A DNA stretch of 64,000 bases from the NCBI GenBank assembly GCA_965261345.1, contig OZ253449.1:1216001-1280000 (forward strand), written 5' to 3'. This document shows positions 8,439 to 18,205 of this stretch, piece by piece; positions within the stretch are counted from its first letter, which is position 1; each line of letters opens with the position of its first letter. The notes below the pieces were generated by a model, which saw only the letters and a list, made by a program, of their open reading frames with translations, ran no database searches and had not been told where the DNA came from. The DNA is from Chloroflexota bacterium (GTDB taxonomy: Bacteria; Chloroflexota; UBA11872; VXNJ01). The position numbers and the translations under genes were made by a program.

Positions 8439-9826
8439 GTCCCAGGCCCCCCTGCCCACTGCAGTGGGCGGTTGAGGACCGCCGCCGGATCGGCGCGGTC
8501 GCGCAGCCGCTGAAAGACCGCCCGGGTGTCGTGGTCGAACGCCTTTTCCAGGTGGGTTCGCTTTACCCGACCGAGGCCGTGCTCGCCCGATAGCACCCCG
8601 CCCAGGGCCACGCTCAGGTCGGCGATCTGAGCCAGCGCGCGCGCGACCCGTTCGCGCTCAGCGGGGCTTTGCGGGTCGTAGAGCACGTTGGGATGCAGGG
8701 TGCCGTCGCCGATGTGGCCAAAGAGCGCGATCGGCAGGCCGAGTTCGGCGCTGATCGCTTTTATCTGGGCGACCGCTTCACCGACTCGGCTGCACGGCAG
8801 GCAGATATCCTCGCCGATCTTGCCGGGTCGAATGCGGGCCAACGAGGAGGTGATGGCGTGCCGGGCTTCCCAGTAGCGGGCCTCGGCCGCTCCCGCGACC
8901 GCAACCGCGGTGACGCCCGAGAGCGGAGCCAAGGCCTCCAAGGCGGTCTCCCGTTGGTACCGGCAGTGGTCTGCCAGGCCGTCGAATTCGACCAGCAGGT
9001 AGGCGCCAACGGAAGGGTCCAGGCCCCGATCGCGGGCTGCCTGAACGGCGGCGATGGCCACGTCGTCCATAAATTCGACCCGCGCCGGGGTCAACCCGGC
9101 CGCCAGCAGCTTGAGGGTGGCCGCCGCCGCGGCCTGGGCGTTGGCGCAGCTGGCGACCAGGGTTAGCCGCGCTGGCGGCTGCGGCAGCAGGGCCAGTTCG
9201 ACCTGGGTGATCAGGCCCAGGGTCCCCTCGGCCCCGACGAGGAGCTCGAGCAGGCCCTCGCTGGGCGTCCCGCGCCGGACCCAGGCTAGCTGGCCGTCCA
9301 ATGTGGCGTACTGGAGGGCCAGGACGTGGTGACGGATTACCCCGTAGGCCAGCGCCAGCGCCCCGCCGGCGTTGGTCGAAACGTTGCCGCCGATCATTGA
9401 AATCGCCCGCGCCCCGGGGTCGGGGGCCAGAAAGAGCCCGTATTCGGCCGCCGCCCGGTCGATCGCCGCGGTTTTGGTGCCGGCCGCGCAGGCAACGCTC
9501 AGGTTGTCAGGCGATACTTCCGGCGGTCCATCGAGCAGTTCGGTCGAGAGCACCACCGACCCGTCGGCGGGGGTCGCCCCGGCGGCCAGTGAGGTCCCGC
9601 CGCCGCGCAGCGTGAGCGGTATCCCCAGCCGGGCGGCCAGCGCCAGGGCGGCGCCGGCGTTGGCCGGCGAGGTTGGGAAGATCGCCAGGCTTGGTTGGCC
9701 GCGGTAACCGACCGTGGCGTCGATCCCATAGGCCGCCAGCGAGGCCGGGTCGGAGAGGACATTGGCGGGGCCGAGCAGCTCGGCAAAGTGCCCGGCCGGA
9801 TCGGGGTGCCCGGCGTCCGGGCTCAA
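8435..9826 (-). CDS. FAD-linked oxidase, GlcD/D-lactate dehydrogenase family
   Basis: Motifs RGGGTSL, PDP....S.IGGNVSTNAGG, GAEGTLGLIT, GHIGDGTLH and GEHGLG. TTG start. Confidence 0.9.
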   Translation of the reverse strand: MSPDAGHPDPAGHFAELLGPANVLSDPASLAAYGIDATVGYRGQPSLAIFPTSPANAGAALALAARLGIPLTLRGGGTSLAAGATPADGSVVLSTELLDGPPEVSPDNLSVACAAGTKTAAIDRAAAEYGLFLAPDPGARAISMIGGNVSTNAGGALALAYGVIRHHVLALQYATLDGQLAWVRRGTPSEGLLELLVGAEGTLGLITQVELALLPQPPARLTLVASCANAQAAAAATLKLLAAGLTPARVEFMDDVAIAAVQAARDRGLDPSVGAYLLVEFDGLADHCRYQRETALEALAPLSGVTAVAVAGAAEARYWEARHAITSSLARIRPGKIGEDICLPCSRVGEAVAQIKAISAELGLPIALFGHIGDGTLHPNVLYDPQSPAERERVARALAQIADLSVALGGVLSGEHGLGRVKRTHLEKAFDHDTRAVFQRLRDRADPAAVLNRPLQWAGGPGT

Positions 9827-9875
9827 CCGACAGCGCCACGGCCGGCCGGATGGCGGCCCGACCGCCGACCGAGAC

Positions 9876-9950
9876 TGGTACCCCCTAGGCGATTCGAACG
9901 CCTGCCCCCGGCTCCGGAGGCCGGTGCTCTATCCACTGAGCTAAGGGGGC
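9876..9950 (-). tRNA. tRNA-Arg(CCG)
   Basis: Reverse complement reads GCCCCCTTAGCTCAGTGGATAGAGCA-CCGGC-CTCCGGA-GCCGG-GGGC-AGGCG-TTCGAAT-CGCCT-AGGGGGT-ACCA: cloverleaf, CCG anticodon, TTCGAA T-loop and encoded CCA. Confidence 0.96.
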
Positions 9951-10016
9951 GTGCGCGGTTTGCCGACATGCAATATCGTAATTGGTCGATCGGTCGACCG
10001 GCAAGCTGCCTTCATT

Positions 10017-11321
10017 TTGCAAGAATTTCCCCGAGCGCGTATTCCACGATCCTTCACCCGACCTAGGGAGTGCCAGCCGATTGGCGAGCGAGCCCGTTTT
10101 CACCGCCCGGGAATCGATCCGGACTGCACCGCCCTGGCGGTACAGCTCGACTCGTTGGGCCTTGGCCTGCCCGGACTAAACGGACCGGTCAGCGAAGCCT
10201 TGCTTTTCGGGATCGGTGGCGGGATCGGCGCCGGAGTGTTCCAGTTCATTTACGAGCAGGAGGACTTCGCCTCGTTCTTCGTCGCCGGGCGTGCCTCTTG
10301 GGAGGACCCGCTCAGCTGGCTCGGCAACGCCTGCAAGCGCCTGGGGCTGACCTACCGGGTCTTCGAATCGGGCGCGCGCCGTAAGGCCGCCGCCGCCCTA
10401 ACCGCCTACCTTGAAGGCGGGCGCCCGGTGATCGCCTGGGTCGATTCGGGGCTGCTGTCCTACCGCGGAATGGGCGACGACTGCGAGGGCGGCGGCTACC
10501 ACACTGTGTCGGTCCACCATCTCGGCCCGGGCGGGGCACTGCTGGGCGACCTGGCGCCGGCGCCGCTGGCGGTTCCCGAAGCCGATTTGGCCAACGCGCG
10601 GGCGCGGATCCGCAAGCACCGCAACCGCCTGCTGCAGGTGTGTCCGGGCCAGATCGAGGGGAACCTGGAGGGCCTGGTGTGGGCGGGCCTGCGCGCCTGC
10701 GTTGATGGACAGGACAAGCCCCGCAATCGCAGTTTCTCAATCGAGGCGTTCCGGGTCTGGGGGCAGCGCCTGCACGGCGGTTCGGGCAAACAGGCCTGGT
10801 CCAGCGCCTATCCGGTCGGCCATCGGCTGCTGGCCGCCCTGGTCGCAATTGCCCGCTACGTCGGGTGCTACGAGAACGACGGAGCGCTCCACCGCGATCT
10901 GATGGCCCAGTTCCTTAGCGAGGCCGGCGCGGCGATTGGCGATCCGGAGCTGGGCGCGCTTGCTTCTGCCTACCGGGGCCTTGCCCAGAGTTGGCGGCGG
11001 CTGGCCGAAAGCGCCCTGCCCGAATCCTGCGAGCCGCTGGCAAACCTGCGCGCGGGCCTTTACTCGGCCCGGGCGGCATTCCTGGCCGGACTGCCCGACG
11101 CCAGCGGGCGACTGCGGTCGGCCGAAGCGCGTATCGATGAGTTGGACCGTCAGCTGAAGGCCGGGTCCCAATTCCCGCTGTCGCCGGTCCAGATAACCGG
11201 CCTGCTGGAGGACCTACAAGTTCAGGTTCTGGCCATCTACGCGGCGGAAAAGTCGGCCTTGGACGAGCTCGGGCGCTGGCTGGCGGATTCGCGCGACCGA
11301 TTGGCGATAAATTTTCGGTAG
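10017..11321 (+). CDS. BtrH-N/DUF4872-like protein (papain-like fold, function unknown); start uncertain
   Basis: Motifs SEALLFGIGGGIG..F.F.Y, GRPVIAWVD..LSY...GGYH.V.V and .GD......V....LA.AR. In-frame start options are TTG 10017 or ATT 10080 (after GGAG); GTG 9951 abuts the tRNA 5' end. Confidence 0.7.
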   Translation: MQEFPRARIPRSFTRPRECQPIGERARFHRPGIDPDCTALAVQLDSLGLGLPGLNGPVSEALLFGIGGGIGAGVFQFIYEQEDFASFFVAGRASWEDPLSWLGNACKRLGLTYRVFESGARRKAAAALTAYLEGGRPVIAWVDSGLLSYRGMGDDCEGGGYHTVSVHHLGPGGALLGDLAPAPLAVPEADLANARARIRKHRNRLLQVCPGQIEGNLEGLVWAGLRACVDGQDKPRNRSFSIEAFRVWGQRLHGGSGKQAWSSAYPVGHRLLAALVAIARYVGCYENDGALHRDLMAQFLSEAGAAIGDPELGALASAYRGLAQSWRRLAESALPESCEPLANLRAGLYSARAAFLAGLPDASGRLRSAEARIDELDRQLKAGSQFPLSPVQITGLLEDLQVQVLAIYAAEKSALDELGRWLADSRDRLAINFR

Positions 11322-11354
11322 ATGTATTCGGGAATCGCCCGTAAGGCTTGCCAA

Positions 11355-12239
11355 TTGAGCGCAAATAATCAAACGATCGCCATTACCGGGGGCGCCGGCC
11401 GGATCGGGCGCCTGGTTGCGGCCAATCTGGCCGAGTGGGGCGCGCAGCTGCGCATCCTAGATCTTGAGCAGGCCAACTTCGAGGGGCTGGCCGACCGACC
11501 TGGAATCTCGGTCTGCGCCGGCGACATCACCGATCCGGCCTACGTGCGTGAGGCGCTCACCGGTTGCGACCAGGTCGTCCACCTGGCCGCGGTGCTGCCG
11601 CCGATCGCCGACCAGAACGAACAGCTGGCCCAGCAGGTCAACGTGGGCGGGACCGCCAACGTTGTGTGGGCGATGGCGACAGCCTGTCCCGGCGCGCGGT
11701 TGATTTTTTCGTCTTCGGTGGTGGTCTACGGGGACTCCCAGGACTGCCCGCCGCCGGTGGGCACCGATCAGGCGCCGGCCGGGATTGGCAGCTACGCCCG
11801 ATCCAAGGTCGATTGCGAGGCCCTGATCGCCCGCTCAGGGGTGAGTGCGACCGTAATAAGGGTTTCCGGAGTTGCGGTGGCCGAGGCCCTAATGCCCCCG
11901 CAGCCCTGGCCGTTCACCGCCGACCAGCGCATGGAATTCGTGCTGCTGGAAGATGCCGCCGGGCCGCTGGCCGCCGCCGCGCGCGACCCGTCGACGGCCG
12001 ACCGGACTTACAACGTCGCCGGAGGGCCCAGCTGGCGAATGACCGGTCGGAAATATTCAAACGACTACTACCATCTGCTGGAGATGGCGCCGGAGGAGGC
12101 GACCTTCCTGGATCACTCGCGCGCATTTGACTACTTCGACACCGCCAGCGCTGTTGCCGAACTGGGGTTTGAGCCGACTCCCTACCCGGTTTACCTGGAG
12201 CGCACGCGGCGGGCAATTGAGGAAATGTTCGGCCTTTAG
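11355..12239 (+). CDS. NAD-dependent epimerase/dehydratase (extended SDR)
   Basis: Motifs TGGAGRIG, HLAA, SS..VYG and YARSK. TTG start at 11355. Confidence 0.88.
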   Translation: MSANNQTIAITGGAGRIGRLVAANLAEWGAQLRILDLEQANFEGLADRPGISVCAGDITDPAYVREALTGCDQVVHLAAVLPPIADQNEQLAQQVNVGGTANVVWAMATACPGARLIFSSSVVVYGDSQDCPPPVGTDQAPAGIGSYARSKVDCEALIARSGVSATVIRVSGVAVAEALMPPQPWPFTADQRMEFVLLEDAAGPLAAAARDPSTADRTYNVAGGPSWRMTGRKYSNDYYHLLEMAPEEATFLDHSRAFDYFDTASAVAELGFEPTPYPVYLERTRRAIEEMFGL

Positions 12240-12351
12240 GGTGCCCGCCGGGGCGGTTACAGAGTGGGACTTTCAGGCAATAGACTTGGCCGAATTGACG
12301 CGCAGAAAAGGCGGCCCGCCGAACGCTGCCACGAGTTAAAGGGAATGGCCT

Positions 12352-12528
12352 ATGGGCAGAATGATCATGTCGCTATTTGCCGTGGTCGGCATGATGGTAG
12401 TTGGCCTGTTGGCGGTGGCCGTGGGCCTGTTTGCCTTCGACGAGTACCGGCGCAGCCAGGAATCGGCCGGCGAACCCGATTCCCCGCCGGAACCGGCGGC
12501 GGACGACCCCGAGCTGGAAACCGCCTGA
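12352..12528 (+). CDS. Small single-TM membrane protein (58 aa, or 55 aa from ATG 12361)
   Basis: Below the ORF-track cutoff. Translation MGRMIMSLFAVVGMMVVGLLAVAVGLFAFDEYRRSQESAGEPDSPPEPAADDPELETA*: one TM helix, acidic tail, GC3-rich codons and a GGGA upstream. Confidence 0.65.
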   Translation: MGRMIMSLFAVVGMMVVGLLAVAVGLFAFDEYRRSQESAGEPDSPPEPAADDPELETA

Positions 12529-12587
12529 TCCCCGAATCGGCCCCGCCCGCCGCCTTCCCCGGGGGAGCCGCCCGGGCGCGCTAGCTG

Positions 12588-13700
12588 GTGGATTGGAAAA
12601 TGCGCTGGCTGCTCCTGCCGGTGGCTTTGTGCGTAATCCTGATCGGACCGATCGACCGTAATCTGCGTGCCCTGGAGCTGGTCAGTCTTAACGCCACCTC
12701 CGCCCGCCTGGCCCCGATCACCCGCCTGGCTCCGCAAACTGCCCGCTACGAAAAGGAAATCCAGGTCGGCGCCGAACCGGTAAGGATTAGCGTGTTCGAC
12801 CCGGGCGGGCTGGGCAATCCGCCGCGGGTGGTGCTGGCCAATGGGGTGGTTGCCGACGGCCGCAATTACGGTGAACTGGTGCTGCTGGCCCAGTCGCTGG
12901 CCCGGGTCGGCTACCTGGTCGAGATCCCCGAACTGTACACCTATACGCACCTACGGCTCGATGGGCGCGACGTGGCGGTGCTGCAGGCGGCGATCTCCAA
13001 TCCGCGACCGGCCAACGCGGTGATCGGGATATCGGTGGGCGGCTCGCTGGGGTTGATCGCCGCGGCCCGGGTGGAGGCCCCGGTGGGAGTGGTGGCGATC
13101 GGTCCCTACGGCCGGCTCGACCAGGTGCTCGCGGCGGCCACAACCGGACAGATCGGCTACGAGGGCAAAACCGTGGGCTATCGCCCGGCCAGTTTCGTCT
13201 GGACGGTGCTGCGCGATACCCTGCTCGCCAACTTGCGATCCAACGACCGGCTGCTGCTGTCCAGGCTCTTCCCCGGTCGCGGACCCCAGCCCGATCCCGG
13301 ACAGGCGCACCTGGTCGGCCAGCTGGGGGCCGAGGGGCGGTCCGTCTACGCCCTTTTCACCCTGCGCGACCACGCTCGGCTCCCGGAAACCCTGGCCAGG
13401 TTGCCGGTCCGCCTGCGCCAGCAGCTGACCGAACTTTCGCCGGCCACCTGGGCGGCGGCCGGAACCGGTCGGGTCGTCATATTTCACTTTGCCGGCGATC
13501 CCTACTTTCCCGCGCAAGAGTCACGGTTGCTCACAGCCCAGATGGGCGCGCGGGCTCGACTCTTCGATTCGGGGCTGATCGATCACGGGCAGCTTCGCCT
13601 CCCTTCACTGGACGCTTCCAACCTGGTCGGCTATTACGTGCCCGAAACGCTGTCCTTTATGCGCTTTGTGTCTGCTGCGCTGGAGGTCAGCGGGCGCTGA
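12588..13700 (+). CDS. Membrane-anchored/secreted alpha/beta hydrolase
   Basis: N-terminal hydrophobic helix, GISVGG nucleophile elbow, and candidate D (GDPYFP) and H (IDH) of a catalytic triad. Confidence 0.7.
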   Translation: MDWKMRWLLLPVALCVILIGPIDRNLRALELVSLNATSARLAPITRLAPQTARYEKEIQVGAEPVRISVFDPGGLGNPPRVVLANGVVADGRNYGELVLLAQSLARVGYLVEIPELYTYTHLRLDGRDVAVLQAAISNPRPANAVIGISVGGSLGLIAAARVEAPVGVVAIGPYGRLDQVLAAATTGQIGYEGKTVGYRPASFVWTVLRDTLLANLRSNDRLLLSRLFPGRGPQPDPGQAHLVGQLGAEGRSVYALFTLRDHARLPETLARLPVRLRQQLTELSPATWAAAGTGRVVIFHFAGDPYFPAQESRLLTAQMGARARLFDSGLIDHGQLRLPSLDASNLVGYYVPETLSFMRFVSAALEVSGR

Positions 13701-13709
13701 CGAGGGCGC

Positions 13710-14888
13710 CTAACCGGCTGTGATCACCGCCGAAGCCGCCGCCGCGGCGGCCCCCGGCCGGACCGCGTAGCCGCGCTCGGACAGCAGGACCTCGAGCGCA
13801 TTTAGGACGTGGTAGACGTTCTTGGGGTCTGATCCATAGCCCATCAAACCGATCCGCCAAACTCGCCCAGCCCAATCGCCAAGCCCGCCGCCAATCTCGG
13901 TGTTGAAGCGTGAAAGCAGTTCGGCACGCACCTCGGCGTCAACTATTCCTGCGGGGATCTGGACCGGGGTGAGCATCCCCAGACGGCGGCCCTCCAGGCT
14001 GGCGATTGTCAGACCCATCGCCTCCAGCCCGGCGCGCAACGCCGCCCCGTTGCGCTCGTGGCGCCGTCCGCGTTCCTCCAAACCCTCGGCCATGATCAGT
14101 TCTAGGGCGCGCTTGAGCCCGGCCACGACCGGCGACGAACAGGTGTGATGGTAGGCCAATTTACCGGACCAATATGCCGCCAGATCCAGGGCCGACAGGT
14201 ACCAGGAGGCAACTGGGAGCCGACGGGCGCGGATCGCGGCCACCGCGCGGTCGGAAAAGGTCATCGGGGCGGCTCCCGGCGGCGTGCCGATGCATTTCTG
14301 GCTGCCGCCGTAGGCCACGTCGACCCCCCATTCATCGGCCTTGATCACCGCCCCACCGAGCAGGGTGACCATGTCGGCGATCAGCAGTGCGCCGTGCTCA
14401 TGGCAGACCGCGGCGATATCGGCCAACGGCTGTCGCAGGCCGACCGAGGTCTCGGCGGCCACCAGAAAGACCGCTTTGGCGGAGGGGTTGCTGGTCAGCG
14501 CAGCGGCGATCTCGGCGGTTTCGACCGGCCGCCCAAAGCCCGAGCTCACGGTCACCGTCTCGGCTCCGAGGCGCTGGCAGATCTCGTTGGCCTTGGTCCC
14601 GAAGAATCCGCTGATGCCGGTAATGATCGTATCGCCCGGTTCGAGGATGTTGACCAGCGCGGCCTCCATCCCCGAGAACCCGGTTCCCGAAACGGCAAAG
14701 GTGGCCTCATTGGCGGTCCCGAACAGGCCCCGCAACAGCTCGGCGGTGTCAGAGAGCATCCGCACGAAGTACGGATCCATATGCGAAACCACGGGCTCGC
14801 TCATCGCCGCGGTAATCCGCGGATCGACCGGCGACGGTCCGGGTCCAAGGAGCAGGCGGGCGGGATTCTCAGCCAAGGCAGGCCTCAT
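13710..14888 (-). CDS. Alanine/serine-glyoxylate aminotransferase family (PLP class V)
   Basis: Motifs LLLGPGPS, SGTG..GMEAA, ETS.G, GSQKC (PLP Lys), YHHT and WRIGLMG. Start MRPAL (14888). Confidence 0.92.
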   Translation of the reverse strand: MRPALAENPARLLLGPGPSPVDPRITAAMSEPVVSHMDPYFVRMLSDTAELLRGLFGTANEATFAVSGTGFSGMEAALVNILEPGDTIITGISGFFGTKANEICQRLGAETVTVSSGFGRPVETAEIAAALTSNPSAKAVFLVAAETSVGLRQPLADIAAVCHEHGALLIADMVTLLGGAVIKADEWGVDVAYGGSQKCIGTPPGAAPMTFSDRAVAAIRARRLPVASWYLSALDLAAYWSGKLAYHHTCSSPVVAGLKRALELIMAEGLEERGRRHERNGAALRAGLEAMGLTIASLEGRRLGMLTPVQIPAGIVDAEVRAELLSRFNTEIGGGLGDWAGRVWRIGLMGYGSDPKNVYHVLNALEVLLSERGYAVRPGAAAAAASAVITAG

Positions 14889-14992
14889 GTAAGCTGGCGG
14901 TTTGGTCGATAGTATGAGTATTGCCGCAGCCGGTTGCAACACCCGCCGGTGGCAGGCAGCAAGCGAAAAATCCCGGTCCACCAGGCAAAACC

Positions 14993-15946
14993 ATGCCCAG
15001 ATCCCTCGTTGCCGGCGGCGCCGGACTGATCGGTTCGCAGCTCTGCCAGGTTCTGCTCGAACGCGGCCACCAGGTAGTGTGCGCCGATAACCTCGAGACC
15101 GCCCCCAGGACAAACTTGGAACACCTGCTGGGAGATCCCAATTTTTCGTTTGTCGACTGCGACGTTACCGGAAAGCTCGGGTTTGCCGACCTGGATGGTG
15201 TGTTTCACCTGGCCTCGCCGGCCAGCCCGCGCCACTTCGGGCTGATCCCTGAGAAAATCCTGGCCGCCAATTCGCAGGGCACCGCCAATCTGATCGAATT
15301 GGCGCTTGCCTGCCGGGCGCGCTTCCTCTACGCTTCGACCTCGGAGGTATACGGCGATCCGCTCGAGCATCCCCAGCGCGAGGACTACTTTGGCAACGTG
15401 AACCCGATAGGGCCGCGTTCGTGTTACGACGAGAGCAAAAGGTTCGGCGAAGCGCTGACCATGAATGCGGTCCGGCGCCGGTCGTTGGACGCCCGGATCG
15501 TGCGGATTTTTAATACTTACGGTCCACGCATGAACCCGCGCGACGGCAGGGCGCTGATCGAATTCTTGCAGCGTGCGCTGGCCGGGCAACCGCTGATCAT
15601 CCACGGCGACGGAACCCAGACTCGCAGCTGGTGCTACGTCGGCGACCTGGCCGAGGGCATTGCCCGAGCGATGGAGAAAAAACACACCACCGGCCGGGTC
15701 TACAACCTTGGTAACCCGGATGAGCGATCGGTTCTGGATCTGGCCCACGCGGTGCTGGCGGCAACCGGCTCCGAATCGGCGCTTGAATTTGCCCCGACCC
15801 CGCCGGACGATCCGCGACGACGCTGCCCCGACATCGCGCGCGCCCGCTCAGAGTTGGGCTTTGAGCCAAGGGTTGGCCTGGCCGAAGGCCTGGCCCGGAC
15901 CCTGGCCTGGTATCGCACAGCGCGGGACCCAGAGCCCCCGAGCTGA
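14993..15946 (+). CDS. UDP-glucuronate decarboxylase (UDP-xylose synthase)-like SDR
   Basis: Motifs GGAGLIGS, HLASPASP, ASTSEVYGDP, GPRSCYDESKR, RIFNTYGP and DDP.RR.PDI. Confidence 0.9.
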   Translation: MPRSLVAGGAGLIGSQLCQVLLERGHQVVCADNLETAPRTNLEHLLGDPNFSFVDCDVTGKLGFADLDGVFHLASPASPRHFGLIPEKILAANSQGTANLIELALACRARFLYASTSEVYGDPLEHPQREDYFGNVNPIGPRSCYDESKRFGEALTMNAVRRRSLDARIVRIFNTYGPRMNPRDGRALIEFLQRALAGQPLIIHGDGTQTRSWCYVGDLAEGIARAMEKKHTTGRVYNLGNPDERSVLDLAHAVLAATGSESALEFAPTPPDDPRRRCPDIARARSELGFEPRVGLAEGLARTLAWYRTARDPEPPS

Positions 15947-17211
15947 TGCCGAAGTTCATTCGGGCGGCCCTCGGCGGCGGCACCGCGGCTCCGCTATTCC
16001 TGCTGATGGCCAGCGCCGCCAACGGACTGCAGTTCATCTACCAGGTCTTCATGGCGCGTCTGCTCGAACCCGAGCAGTACACCCTTCTGCTGGCCCTGGT
16101 CTCGTTCGTGGGGATCATGCTTTTCCCGGGACATGCCTTCCAGTCGGCGGTGGCGGTCGGGGTCGGTGCGCTGCTGGCCAGCGGCCAAGTTAGGGCGGTC
16201 TGGCAGTTCACCGTGCGGGCCGGCTCGGCCGGCGCCGGCGTGGCGCTGCTGGTTAGTGTGATCCTGGCGCTGCTGGCCAACCAGCTGCGGGCGCTTTTTG
16301 GTTTCTCCGACAACTGGGTGCTGACCCTGCTGCTGGTGATCCTGCCGCTCTCGATGCTGCTGGCCACCGCGCGCGGCGCGCTGCAGGGCCTTGGCCGATT
16401 CGCCTGGCTCGGATCCAACTTGCTCCTTGACGCCAGCCTGAGGGTGCTACTGGCGATCGGCCTGGTGGTGGCCGGTTTCGGCCTGACCGGGGCGCTGGCT
16501 GGCTTTTCGCTGGGGATTGCGGCCGCAATCGGCTTGGGAATCTGGGTAATTCGCCCGCGCGCGGCCGGGACCGGCGGGGGCGGCGGCATCCGTGCCCTGC
16601 TGATCGCCCAGCTGGCCACGGTTCCGGCCACATTTGCCATATTCGGCGCCCAGTCGGTCGACGTAATAATCGCCAACTGGCGATTTAGCGGGGTCGGCTT
16701 GGAGCCCTTTGTGGCGGCTGCCTTCGCCGGCAGGGTCAGCTTTCACGGGTGTTTCATGGTCTCCCAGCTGCTTCTGCCGCGGCTGCGCGACATGTTCGCC
16801 GGACCGGTCCTGAACCGCCGACTGTTGCTGCGCGGCTCGTTGGCGGTTGCGGTGATGGCGCTGGGTCCGCTGCTGCTGGCGTTGCTGGTGCCCGGTCTGC
16901 TCCACCAGGCCCTGGTGGGATCAAATTACGCCAGCGATCCAAAGCTGCTGCAGGTGTATCTGGGCGGTGCGGCGCTACTCTCGCTCTCGCTCTACCTGGT
17001 CTACATCCTCATTGCCGCCCGCATCACCTGGATCGCCTGGGGCCTGGTACCAATCGCCGTCGGCCAGACCCTCGCCTACCTGCTGCTGGCCAATTCGGCT
17101 TACGATTTGGCAGTTATCCTGCTGCTGTCGGCGGCGGCCATGTGTGCGATCTGCCTGATCGCCGGCGTCAGGTTGTTAAAGCAGCCGCTGGCGGCCGCCA
17201 GATCACTCTAG
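15946..17211 (+). CDS. Oligosaccharide/polysaccharide flippase (Wzx/MOP family)
   Basis: About 12 hydrophobic segments with MARLL.PEQY and RGALQG..RF motifs; lies between nucleotide-sugar genes. Confidence 0.75.
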   Translation: MPKFIRAALGGGTAAPLFLLMASAANGLQFIYQVFMARLLEPEQYTLLLALVSFVGIMLFPGHAFQSAVAVGVGALLASGQVRAVWQFTVRAGSAGAGVALLVSVILALLANQLRALFGFSDNWVLTLLLVILPLSMLLATARGALQGLGRFAWLGSNLLLDASLRVLLAIGLVVAGFGLTGALAGFSLGIAAAIGLGIWVIRPRAAGTGGGGGIRALLIAQLATVPATFAIFGAQSVDVIIANWRFSGVGLEPFVAAAFAGRVSFHGCFMVSQLLLPRLRDMFAGPVLNRRLLLRGSLAVAVMALGPLLLALLVPGLLHQALVGSNYASDPKLLQVYLGGAALLSLSLYLVYILIAARITWIAWGLVPIAVGQTLAYLLLANSAYDLAVILLLSAAAMCAICLIAGVRLLKQPLAAARSL

Positions 17212-17230
17212 CTATACCGAAGGATCCGCC

Positions 17231-18205
17231 TTGCCCCGAGCGTTAATTACCGGAATCACCGGCCAGGACGGCTCCTATCTGGCCGAGTTCCTGCTGCAGG
17301 CTGGTTACGAGGTCTGCGGCGTGCTGCGACGCACCAGCACCGAGCGGCTGGAACGGATCGCCCACCTGACCGACCAGATCCGGCTGGTCTACGGCGATCT
17401 GGCCGACACCGCGTCGCTGATCCGGGTGCTCTCCGACTGGCGTCCAGAAGAGGTCTACAACCTGGGGGCGGCCTCATTCGTGCAGACCTCCTGGTCGCAA
17501 CCTGAGCTGACCGGCCAGGTCACTGGGCTTGGAGCCCTGCGGCTGCTGGAGGCGATCCTGGCAGTCGATGACTCGATCCGCTTCTACCAGGCCAGCTCAT
17601 CGGAAATTTTTGGACAAGCGGCCGAATCGCCGCAGCGTGAAACCACCCCGCTGCACCCGCGCAGCCCCTACGGGGTGGCCAAGGCCTACGCCCACTGGAT
17701 CACCGTCAATTACCGCGAGAGCCATTCCCTGCATGCCTCTTCGGGAATCCTCTTTAACCATGAATCGCCGCGCCGCGGGCGGGAGTTTGTTACCCGCAAG
17801 GTCTCGCGCGCCGTGGCCCGTATCAAGCTGGGCCGGCAGCAGCAGGTCGGGCTGGGCGACCTTTCGCCCAAACGCGACTGGGGTTTTGCCGGCGATTACG
17901 TCGAGGCGATGTGGCGGATGCTCCAGCAGGACCGGCCCGACGATTACGTGATCGCGACCGGCCGAACCCACACCGTCGGGCGGATGGTCGAACTGGCGTT
18001 TACCCGGGCCGGACTCGATTGGCGCGACCACGTGCAGGAGGACCCGGCAATGCGCCGACCGGCCGAGGTAATGCTGCTGCGGGGCGATTCCGGCAAGGCT
18101 CATCGGGCCCTTGGCTGGGCTCCCAGGATCTCGTTTGAGGAGCTGATCGCGATGATGGTCGACTCCGATCTGGAGCAGGTCGCCAGCGGGCGCGAGAGCT
18201 ACTAG
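17231..18205 (+). CDS. gmd: GDP-mannose 4,6-dehydratase
   Basis: Motifs [52 protein letters not shown] and [10 protein letters not shown]. Confidence 0.96.
   Translation: MPRALITGITGQDGSYLAEFLLQAGYEVCGVLRRTSTERLERIAHLTDQIRLVYGDLADTASLIRVLSDWRPEEVYNLGAASFVQTSWSQPELTGQVTGLGALRLLEAILAVDDSIRFYQASSSEIFGQAAESPQRETTPLHPRSPYGVAKAYAHWITVNYRESHSLHASSGILFNHESPRRGREFVTRKVSRAVARIKLGRQQQVGLGDLSPKRDWGFAGDYVEAMWRMLQQDRPDDYVIATGRTHTVGRMVELAFTRAGLDWRDHVQEDPAMRRPAEVMLLRGDSGKAHRALGWAPRISFEELIAMMVDSDLEQVASGRESY

Noticed and set aside
9876-12300. tRNA-Arg as an integration site for a genomic island
   Set aside because: No integrase, no duplicated tRNA 3' end was noticed, and composition does not shift on either side.
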